Origin: Candidatus Odinarchaeia archaeon | GTDB taxonomy: Archaea; Asgardarchaeota; Odinarchaeia; Odinarchaeales; Odinarchaeaceae | Assembly: GCA_029856525.1 (NCBI GenBank) | Contig: JAHQXC010000022.1 | Coordinates: forward strand, 1-18,129 | Reading direction: 5' to 3' | DNA: 18,129 nt | Shown here: positions 1 through 6,574 of the stretch, piece by piece | How the letters are laid out: each line of letters starts with the position of its first letter | How positions within the stretch are numbered: the stretch's first letter is position 1 | Made by a program: the position numbers and the translations under genes | The notes under the pieces: model-generated | Databases searched by the model: none | The model's input: the letters and a program-made list of their open reading frames with translations, nothing else | Told to the model about the DNA's origin: nothing

Positions 1-333
1 CAAAAAATAAAGGAGCTTCAAGATAAACTGAACCAGGAGTATGAGAAAATAAGAGGGGGTCAATTAAACTCTGACAGGGAGAGAATTGAAGAATTAACCC
101 GTCAGCTTGAAGATACTAAAAGCAAATACTTGGAGCGTATAAGTCAATTAGTTGAAGAACGGAATGTTTGGCGTTCGCGCGCGCTTCAAACCACGGTTAT
201 GAGCGTGGATGAAGCTTTAGCGCTGTTAAAAAACCAGATAATTGAATTTGAAAAACAGAATAGAACGCTGCTGGATGAAAATGAAGCTTTGCGACGGGAA
301 ATCCAATCGTTAAAGGAATCTTCTTCTAGGTAA
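1..333 (+). CDS. C-terminal part of a coiled-coil protein, 5'-truncated by the window edge
   Basis: Frame 1 is open from base 1 (QKIKELQDKLNQEYEKIRGGQLNSDRERIEELTRQLEDTKSKYLERISQL...), so the track start at 130 is internal. The sequence is E/K/R/L-rich and heptad-like. Its TAA overlaps the convergent moaC stop over 8 nt. Confidence 0.75.
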   Translation, partial: QKIKELQDKLNQEYEKIRGGQLNSDRERIEELTRQLEDTKSKYLERISQLVEERNVWRSRALQTTVMSVDEALALLKNQIIEFEKQNRTLLDENEALRREIQSLKESSSR

Positions 334-787
334 CTTTAAGCTTCTCTTTTCTAATCACTTTAACCCCTTTTATCTCTGTTTCAGTATATTGGCCTTTATC
401 ATCTTTTTCAAGATATTTGCACATATCCCATATTGAAAGTAAACCTATCATCACACCGTTTAAAGCCTCAAGCTCAACCCCTGTTTTACCTATCGATTTC
501 ACAGTAACCTGTAAGCTTATCTCGCATTTCTCATCGTTAATATCAAACTCGACGTCGACATTAGTTATCGGGATAGGATGCGCTAGGAAGATTAGAGAGG
601 AAGTGTGTTTAACAGCGTTAATAGCCGCGTATCTAGCGTTAACTAAAGGGTCGCCTTTCTTAACCTCTCCTCTTCTAATAGCTTCAATGGTTTGTTTTCT
701 AAGCTTAATGGTTCCAATAGCGGTTGCAACTCTTAGAACATCCTCTTTACCTGTAACGTCAACCATACTAATTTTACTGTCTTTCAA
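326..787 (-). CDS. moaC: Cyclic pyranopterin monophosphate synthase (Mo/W cofactor biosynthesis protein C)
   Basis: Motifs MVDVTGK, KKGDPL, HPIPIT, KTGVELEAL and WDMCK match archaeal MoaC. Start is TTG at 787 or ATG at 766. Confidence 0.93.
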   Translation of the reverse strand: MKDSKISMVDVTGKEDVLRVATAIGTIKLRKQTIEAIRRGEVKKGDPLVNARYAAINAVKHTSSLIFLAHPIPITNVDVEFDINDEKCEISLQVTVKSIGKTGVELEALNGVMIGLLSIWDMCKYLEKDDKGQYTETEIKGVKVIRKEKLKVT

Positions 788-945
788 CTTAATTCACTGC
801 CTTAAACTTTAATTTTAAATATGTTAAAAGTTAATTAAGTTAAATACATTAATAATTTTTAGGCCGGTAATCAAAAAACATAAATGAGTATATATATTAT
901 TGTAAATTTACTATTTTATCAGCGAGTTTAATTTAGGCGGTTGAA

Positions 946-1467
946 ATGAATATTCCAGCTGAGCATAAGCAGGGGGCGCCTTCTAAAATATCTTTTGCAA
1001 TAGTTATCGTAAGCGATAGTAGGTATACGCAGTATATAAACGGTGAGCTGATAAACGATGAGACAACTCCTATAATAAAGGATATCTTGCATAAAAACGG
1101 TTTTACCATTCACTCAACACACTATATTCCTGATGAGCGCTCTGAGATAACCAAGCAATTAGTCCAGTTACTGTCTTCAAACGTGGATGTTATACTTTTC
1201 AGCGGCGGAACCGGGTTAGCTAAGCGGGATGTAACTGTTGAAACACTAGAACCTCTCTTTGAGAAAAAAATTCCAGGTTTCGGTGAGCTTTTAAGAAATT
1301 TAAGCTATGAGAAGATAAGCTCAGCGGCGATGCTTACACGTTCAACTGCGGGGACATTAAAAGATAAGATTATATTCTGTCTACCGGGATCCCCTGACGC
1401 TGTGCGATTAGCCTTAGAGAAGCTGATAATCCCTGAATGCGGGCATATACTAAAACATTTGAAATAA
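946..1467 (+). CDS. moaB: Molybdopterin adenylyltransferase, MoaB/MogA family
   Basis: Motifs IVIVSDSR, SGGTGLAKRDVT, IPGFGELLR, AMLTRSTAG and FCLPGSP. Divergent from moaC. Confidence 0.92.
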   Translation: MNIPAEHKQGAPSKISFAIVIVSDSRYTQYINGELINDETTPIIKDILHKNGFTIHSTHYIPDERSEITKQLVQLLSSNVDVILFSGGTGLAKRDVTVETLEPLFEKKIPGFGELLRNLSYEKISSAAMLTRSTAGTLKDKIIFCLPGSPDAVRLALEKLIIPECGHILKHLK

Positions 1468-1479
1468 ACGTGTCTGATA

Positions 1480-2292
1480 ATGAGATATGCTTTAAAACTA
1501 TTCTACGACGGCGCCGGCTATCATGGTTTTCAGATACAACCAGGGTTGGCTACAATAGAAGCTACTATTTTAGAAGCTCTTAAAAAAGCATCTTATATCA
1601 CTGATATCAAGGGTTCCGCGTTCTCATATGCGAGTAGAACAGATGCAGGTGTATCTGCTTTAAGCCAGGTGATAGCTTTTAATTCACCTGTCCCCCCTAA
1701 TATAAGATTAATTAACTCTCTTCTACCTGAAGGTTTAATTTTCTGGGCTCAATCTGAGGTTTCAGATGATTTTAATCCGAGAAAACACGCATTATTTAAA
1801 ATTTATAGATATTACTCTCCTTACGAAGGCGAAGACATTGAAATTATTAAAAAATGTGTTAAGAAACTTGAAGGCGCACATGATTTTAGAAAGCTGTCTA
1901 AACCGGATGAGTCGAGGAGCACCTATAGCTCAATCGATAGCATAGACGTTAAACTAGATTGCAATGTACTGCTCTACGAGTTTAAAGCGAAATCCTTTTT
2001 ATGGAAGCTTGTTCGTAAAACAGTTACTTTATTGAAGTTAATCGGGCTCAGAGTATTAGACCCGGATATCATAGACCGGGTTTTAGATCCTTCGGATAGC
2101 TTTGACCCTAAGCTTCAACCAGCTCCGGCTGAAGGTTTAATTTTATATGATATCAAATACTCTTTCGATTTTAACATAGATTATTATAGTGTAAGCAGGT
2201 TAACAGAATACTTAACCAGGTTTGAGAAATATCACCGTGTGAAGCAGCAGCTGAATAATGGTTTACTAAATTATCTAGGTAAGCTTCTATAA
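1480..2292 (+). CDS. truA: tRNA pseudouridine(38-40) synthase, TruA family
   Basis: Motifs YDGAGYHGFQIQP, SRTDAGVSA (catalytic Asp), GAHDFRKL, AKSFLWKLVR and PAPAEGLILYDIKY. Confidence 0.93.
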   Translation: MRYALKLFYDGAGYHGFQIQPGLATIEATILEALKKASYITDIKGSAFSYASRTDAGVSALSQVIAFNSPVPPNIRLINSLLPEGLIFWAQSEVSDDFNPRKHALFKIYRYYSPYEGEDIEIIKKCVKKLEGAHDFRKLSKPDESRSTYSSIDSIDVKLDCNVLLYEFKAKSFLWKLVRKTVTLLKLIGLRVLDPDIIDRVLDPSDSFDPKLQPAPAEGLILYDIKYSFDFNIDYYSVSRLTEYLTRFEKYHRVKQQLNNGLLNYLGKLL

Positions 2293-2345
2293 TTTCTCAT
2301 CAAATATGATCGGATCTCTAATCATTTCGAATACTGTTAAACTCT

Positions 2346-3317
2346 TTATTTTTGCTGACCGCCTATGTATACTAGTTTTGCCAGCAGTGCGGTTAATTGA
2401 ATATCTTCACTGGCTCCTTGTGTAACCCTATATTCAGCTTCACCTACACTCTCCGTTATCTGAATTTTAAGCTTCTCATCTATAGGAAGCTTTAAAGCCT
2501 CGTTAAAAATCTGTTTAAGAATCTCATCCCCGGAAAGCCCGTAATCTATTAGAAGAGTTCTTAATTTCGAACGGCTCTCAGCAAACTTTCCTTTAAAAGC
2601 TAAGTCGATCATCTCCCTCACCTCTTCAGGTCGAGCCATCCCTGTAACCTGGTAGATTACGTCAGGTGTTATTTTAGTGTTAAGTGAAGCTGCAGCTTCT
2701 AATACGTTAATAGCTTTTCTCATATCCCCTTCTGAAACATAATATATCGCATCTAATCCTTCCTGCGTGATCTCAACGTTTTCATTCTCGCAGATTTTTT
2801 TCAAATAACTTATAAGATCCTCTTTAAGAAGAGGTTTAAATCTGAAGATCGCGCATCTTGACTGAATAGGCTCTATGATTCTACTACTATAATTGCAGTC
2901 TAGTATAAATCTAGTATTCCTACTATACCTTTCCATAGTTCTCCTTAAAGCCTGCTGCGCATCAGCGGTCATATTATCCGCTTCATCTAATATTAAAAGT
3001 TTAAACGGTACATCTCCTAAAACAGAGCTTCTAGCAAAATCTTTAACCCTTGTTCTAATAGTTTCAATACCGCGTTCATCGCTCGCGTTAAGCTCTAATA
3101 TATTCCCTTGCAGATCATCTCCATATAATCCTCTGGCAAGAGCATAAGCGCATGTAGTTTTACCTGTGCCAGCTGGACCAGAGAATATTAGATTAGGCAT
3201 TGATTTTTTAGCTACAAAGGCCTTCAACCGGTTTACAATATCTTTCTGGTTAACAATCTCGTCTAATGTTTTAGGCCGATATTTTTCAACCCAAATCACT
3301 TCTTTTTCATCAGCCAT
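2346..3317 (-). CDS. rfcS: Replication factor C small subunit (clamp loader), no intein
   Basis: Motifs WVEKYRP, Walker A GPAGTGKT, ELNASDERG, Walker B ILDEAD and SRC. ATG at 3317 is preferred over the GTG at 3326. Confidence 0.96.
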   Translation of the reverse strand: MADEKEVIWVEKYRPKTLDEIVNQKDIVNRLKAFVAKKSMPNLIFSGPAGTGKTTCAYALARGLYGDDLQGNILELNASDERGIETIRTRVKDFARSSVLGDVPFKLLILDEADNMTADAQQALRRTMERYSRNTRFILDCNYSSRIIEPIQSRCAIFRFKPLLKEDLISYLKKICENENVEITQEGLDAIYYVSEGDMRKAINVLEAAASLNTKITPDVIYQVTGMARPEEVREMIDLAFKGKFAESRSKLRTLLIDYGLSGDEILKQIFNEALKLPIDEKLKIQITESVGEAEYRVTQGASEDIQLTALLAKLVYIGGQQK

Positions 3318-3414
3318 TATAACCACTACTTTACTCGAATTCAGTTTAACTGTATTTTTAAGTTATTTTTATAATCTAAATATTTAAAACGTTTCTTTTA
3401 ATTAAAGTAAAATC

Positions 3415-3894
3415 GTGAAAATATCTTTTAAAACAAGATTACACGTGAATAAAGCTGTTAAAATCTTAGAGAAAATAGTATACTTGCAGATACCTGTTTT
3501 TTTAAGATTCGAGATTTTCGATTATAATATGAGGTGTTTATTATCCAATTATAAGCTTTGGCTTGAAACCTGGAACTCGGTCTCCCCCTCCATCAACAAA
3601 TTATTTAAAATATTTCAAGCTTCAACTCAATTTAAAGATTTTAACCGTCGTTTTAATATTTTGAAAACAGTAATATTCTCTCTAACTATTATAGTAGCCG
3701 CGCTTGGATTCTACACCCTTATAGCTTTACTAACACTCCCGGTTATGTTACTTTTATCAGCTCTCATCTATTATTTACGGGCTATTCTAGCTGAGAAATA
3801 CCTGGTTGAATCGAATAAGAAGAGCATTGAGCGGGTGGTTAAACCTAAGCGGAGAGCTATTATAAAATTAATTAATTTTTTAAAATCATTGTAG
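3415..3894 (+). CDS. Hypothetical membrane protein with about 2 hydrophobic helices
   Basis: 159-codon ORF filling the gap between rfcS and tRNA-Pro, with hydrophobic stretch VIFSLTIIVAALGFYTLIALLTLPVMLLLSALIYYL. Start uncertain and no family recognised. Confidence 0.55.
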   Translation: MKISFKTRLHVNKAVKILEKIVYLQIPVFLRFEIFDYNMRCLLSNYKLWLETWNSVSPSINKLFKIFQASTQFKDFNRRFNILKTVIFSLTIIVAALGFYTLIALLTLPVMLLLSALIYYLRAILAEKYLVESNKKSIERVVKPKRRAIIKLINFLKSL

Positions 3895-3934
3895 AATCTA
3901 TCGGAGCTGAATATTAGTGGTGGGGCGGACCGGA

Positions 3935-3960
3935 ATTTCAGATTAGTTTTAAACTAATCT
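3935..3960 (-). other. 26-nt BHB intron at position 59/60 (T-loop) of tRNA-Pro
   Basis: Full BHB: exon stem CCGG/CCGG, central helix UUCA/UGAA, bulges AA|A and AU|U, intron stem GAUUAGUU/AACUAAUC. Confidence 0.92.
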
Positions 3961-3974
3961 TTTGAACCGGTGAT

Positions 3975-4002
3975 CTCCAGTCTGCTCGCTTAAACTGCAA
4001 AT
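3975..4002 (-). other. 28-nt BHB-like intron at position 45/46 (variable region) of tRNA-Pro
   Basis: Central helix CCAG/CUGG, bulges AG|A and AG|A, intron stem UUUGC/GCAGA. The exon-side helix is imperfect (relaxed motif). Excision restores variable region AGAUC. Confidence 0.85.
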
Positions 4003-4091
4003 CTCTGGATCCCAAATCCAGAATCATACCAAGCTAGACTACCGCCCCTTTCTTAGTTGTTTGGAGGCTCGGGGGGGATTTGAACCCCCGA

Positions 4092-4121
4092 TTCGCCAAT
4101 AGGTCTATTCGACGACTATTT
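4092..4121 (-). other. 30-nt BHB-like intron at position 46/47 of tRNA-Thr
   Basis: Central helix CGUC/GGCG, bulges GG|A and AA|U, intron stem AAUAG/CUAUU. Excision gives variable region CGGUC. Confidence 0.85.
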
Positions 4122-4130
4122 CCGACGGAT

Positions 4131-4148
4131 CTCTCGGCTTCAACCGCT
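4131..4148 (-). other. 18-nt canonical 37/38 intron of tRNA-Thr
   Basis: Central helix CUUG/CGAG, bulges UA|A and AG|A, with the anticodon stem as exon helix. Confidence 0.92.
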
Positions 4149-4301
4149 TACAAGTCCGTTGCTCTAGCCGGGCTGAGCCACCGAGCCGTTAATTATTCAT
4201 AATCTATATTCTATTTTGTTATTTTTCAAAAATCAAATATAAAAACTTAATACCGGTTTTATAGATGCGGGTTGAATGTCTTCAAGCAGTTCATCGAGTT
4301 G

Positions 4302-4322
4302 AAGAGTTAAAGCTTAACTCTT
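4302..4322. terminator. Perfect 9-bp inverted repeat just downstream of the pgk stop; possible terminator or processing hairpin
   Basis: AAGAGTTAA-AGC-TTAACTCTT, 7 nt past the pgk stop. The function is inferred from position only. Confidence 0.35.
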
Positions 4323-4329
4323 AGACGGC

Positions 4330-5568
4330 TTAAAAATTCTCTACTCCCAGTTTCTTCTTAAATTTTTTCGCAGACTCCTCTAAGGCTTTTATCACTGGAA
4401 GCTCTTCACCGGATAGTAAAGCTAATGTAGCACCTCCACCTGTGCTCAAATGCTTTATTCTACTGCTGATACCAAGAATCTCAGCATACGCGCCAAGTTC
4501 CCCGCCGCCGACGACTGTGAAATATTTACAACGAGCCATCGCATCCAGTACCTCTCTTGTCCCTAAAGCAAACTCTTCTTTTTCGAAAACTCCTAGAGGA
4601 CCGTTAGCTACAACTGTTTTACTGTTTACTATTATATTAGAATATTTTACAATAGTATCTAAACCTATGTCCAGTATTCTACTCTCCCCATTCAGTTCAT
4701 CGCATGAAACTTCATATCTCTTCCCCTCTTTCTCTATCGCAACGTCGACAGGGAGCTCGATTTTATCCCCATGCTCTTTTAATATAGTCTTAGCCTCATC
4801 GACGTAGGAGTCGAATTTTTCAATGCAACTCTTATTTAACTCTCCGATCTTGTAGCCTTTAGCCTCTAGGAAGACGTTTACTAAAAGCCCGCCTAAAAGT
4901 ATTTTATCCGCTTTACCGTTTTTTAAAATATTTTTAAGTATTCCAAGCTTAGTGTCAACTTTCGCGCCGCCTATAATAAAAACAGCGGGTCTCTCAGGGT
5001 CGAATATCTTATTTAAAACCGTCAGCTCCTTCTCCATTACTTTACCGGCTACAGTTGGAAGCGTGTAGGTGAAACCTATAAGTGAAGGCTGAGCTCTATG
5101 CGCTGCCGCGAAAGCGTCGTTAACGAATAAATCGAAAAGAGGGGTCAGCTTTCTAACCATTATAGTTTGAGCTTGTTTTTCAGGAGGTATATCCTCCGCG
5201 ACCTCCTCTGAATAAAAGCGAACATTCTCTAGTAACAGTATCTCCCCGTTTTTTAACTCTTTAATCGCGTTCCGTGCGGCTGTGCCGAATATGTCATCGA
5301 TAAATTTGACGGGTCTATCCACCAGGCTTTTTAAAACTTCAGCGTGGGTTTCTAGACTTGTAAAATCTTTTTTTCCAGGTCTACTCTGATGCGCTAATAA
5401 AACTGTTTTAGAATCCTTTAACATTTCAAGCGTTGGTAGAATAGATCTTATTCTAGTAGTTTCAAGTATCGTTGAATTATTAGCGATAGGAGAGTTTATA
5501 TCAACTCTTACTAAAACTCTTTTATTTAGTAATGAAACGTCGTCGAGAGTGAGAAATTTAAATTTCAT
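4330..5568 (-). CDS. pgk: Phosphoglycerate kinase (archaeal type)
   Basis: Motifs VLVRVDINSP, LAHQSRPG, LLENVRF, FVNDAFAAAHRAQPS, GGAKV, NGPLGVFE and STGGGA. Confidence 0.97.
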   Translation of the reverse strand: MKFKFLTLDDVSLLNKRVLVRVDINSPIANNSTILETTRIRSILPTLEMLKDSKTVLLAHQSRPGKKDFTSLETHAEVLKSLVDRPVKFIDDIFGTAARNAIKELKNGEILLLENVRFYSEEVAEDIPPEKQAQTIMVRKLTPLFDLFVNDAFAAAHRAQPSLIGFTYTLPTVAGKVMEKELTVLNKIFDPERPAVFIIGGAKVDTKLGILKNILKNGKADKILLGGLLVNVFLEAKGYKIGELNKSCIEKFDSYVDEAKTILKEHGDKIELPVDVAIEKEGKRYEVSCDELNGESRILDIGLDTIVKYSNIIVNSKTVVANGPLGVFEKEEFALGTREVLDAMARCKYFTVVGGGELGAYAEILGISSRIKHLSTGGGATLALLSGEELPVIKALEESAKKFKKKLGVENF

Positions 5569-5729
5569 TTCAACCCCTCTGATCTCTTCTCGGTATTCTA
5601 TAAGTATTTTAGAAGTATAAAATATTTTTCTAATTTAACATCTACGCTTAATCTTAAATTCTAAAACCGTAACCTTATAATAGTTTAATAAATCACTGTT
5701 AGTTATTGAATTCGAAGTTGATAAAGGGG

Positions 5730-6062
5730 GTGTTTAAAATTATAGAGTTCTCAGATTTTAAGAAAATAAAATTAAAGGTAGGTGAAGTTTTAACCGCGGA
5801 AAACATAAAAGGATCGAATAAGCTTCTGAAACTTAGCGTTAACGTAGGGGAGCCTTCCCCTAGAACACTTGTCGCGGGGTTAGCTAACATATATAAGCCG
5901 GAGGAGCTGGTGGGTAAAAAAATAATCGTTGTAACTAATATGAAGCCGGCTAAAATATTCGGTGTTGAAAGTAATGGAATGCTTTTAGCGGCTGTGAATA
6001 AAGATAAAGTAGCTGTTTTAACAGTTGACTCAGATATTGAAGTCGGCAGTGAAGTTGAATAG
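5730..6062 (+). CDS. Stand-alone tRNA-binding OB-fold protein (Trbp111 / MetRS C-terminal domain family)
   Basis: Motifs FSDFKKIKLKVG, KLLKLSVNVG, LVAGL, VVTNMKPAKIFGVESNGMLLAA. GTG at 5730 is preferred over the TTG at 5706. Confidence 0.9.
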   Translation: MFKIIEFSDFKKIKLKVGEVLTAENIKGSNKLLKLSVNVGEPSPRTLVAGLANIYKPEELVGKKIIVVTNMKPAKIFGVESNGMLLAAVNKDKVAVLTVDSDIEVGSEVE

Positions 6063-6500
6063 GTGGCTTACTTGAGTAAAGGATACAGGGAGCTACCGCA
6101 TACAGCTGACGTTTACCTTGAAGTTTACGCGCCTACTTTAAATGAGGCTTTCGAACAAGCAGGTGTCGCATTATTCGAGGTGATGACCGATATTTCACGC
6201 GTGGATACACGGCTCTCTATGAGCTTCAAAATTGAAGCCGAAGATTTATACTCACTGCTCTTCGAATATATCCGTGAACTTCTATTTTTAGTTGACACCG
6301 AGGAGTGTCTTTTCAGGGATTTCAGGGTTGAAATTAAAAGTGAAAATGAGAAATATATATTAAATGCGACTATAGCCGGGGAGAAAATAGATTTTAATAA
6401 ACACCGGCTTAAAACAGAGATTAAAGCTCCTACATATGCTCAAATGGAAATCATCACATCTGAGAAAGAGGTTATATTAAGATTCGTTGTAGATATATAG
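6063..6500 (+). CDS. Archease (cofactor of RtcB-type tRNA-splicing ligase)
   Basis: N-terminal HTAD, EAFEQAGVALFEVM, EIKAPTY and C-terminal VVDI. Directly abuts the upstream stop; the true start may be the TTG at 6072. Confidence 0.92.
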   Translation: MAYLSKGYRELPHTADVYLEVYAPTLNEAFEQAGVALFEVMTDISRVDTRLSMSFKIEAEDLYSLLFEYIRELLFLVDTEECLFRDFRVEIKSENEKYILNATIAGEKIDFNKHRLKTEIKAPTYAQMEIITSEKEVILRFVVDI

Positions 6501-6574
6501 TTAACTGTAAATTAGATATTAGACACCTAACAGTTATTAACCATTCCCCGAACTTATTATAATGGGGTTTTATA

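Larger units (their letters stand above)
3918..4048 (-). tRNA. tRNA-Pro(UGG) with two non-canonical introns; CCA encoded
   Basis: Acceptor GGGGCGG/CCGCCCC, anticodon arm CTGGA-TTTGGGA-TCCAG, T arm ACCGG-TTCAAA|T-CCGGT. Removing 28+26 nt from the 131-nt gene gives a 77-nt cloverleaf. Confidence 0.95.
4062..4187 (-). tRNA. tRNA-Thr(UGU) with two introns; CCA encoded
   Basis: Acceptor GGCTCGG/CCGAGCC, U73, anticodon arm ACGGA-CTTGTA|A-TCCGT, T arm GGGGG-TTCAAAT-CCCCC. Removing 18+30 nt from the 126-nt gene gives a 78-nt cloverleaf. Lies 13 nt upstream of tRNA-Pro on the same strand. Confidence 0.95.

Noticed and set aside
417-812. 131-aa plus-strand ORF and the other antisense or nested track ORFs (928-1113, 2893-3147, 3166-3387, 4442-4807, 5699-5890, 7066-7293, 11938-12135, 12654-12875, 14857-15066, 16166-16381, 17187-17453)
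   Set aside because: They are shadows of well-supported genes on the opposite strand or in another frame, with no recognisable motifs.
788-945. AT-rich palindromes (e.g. TTAATTAA) between divergent moaC and moaB as a metal-responsive operator
   Set aside because: Expected by chance at this AT content, and no recognisable operator consensus.
2293-2345. Box C-like TGATGA on the minus strand between truA and rfcS
   Set aside because: No correctly spaced box D or D' and no guide-length segments.
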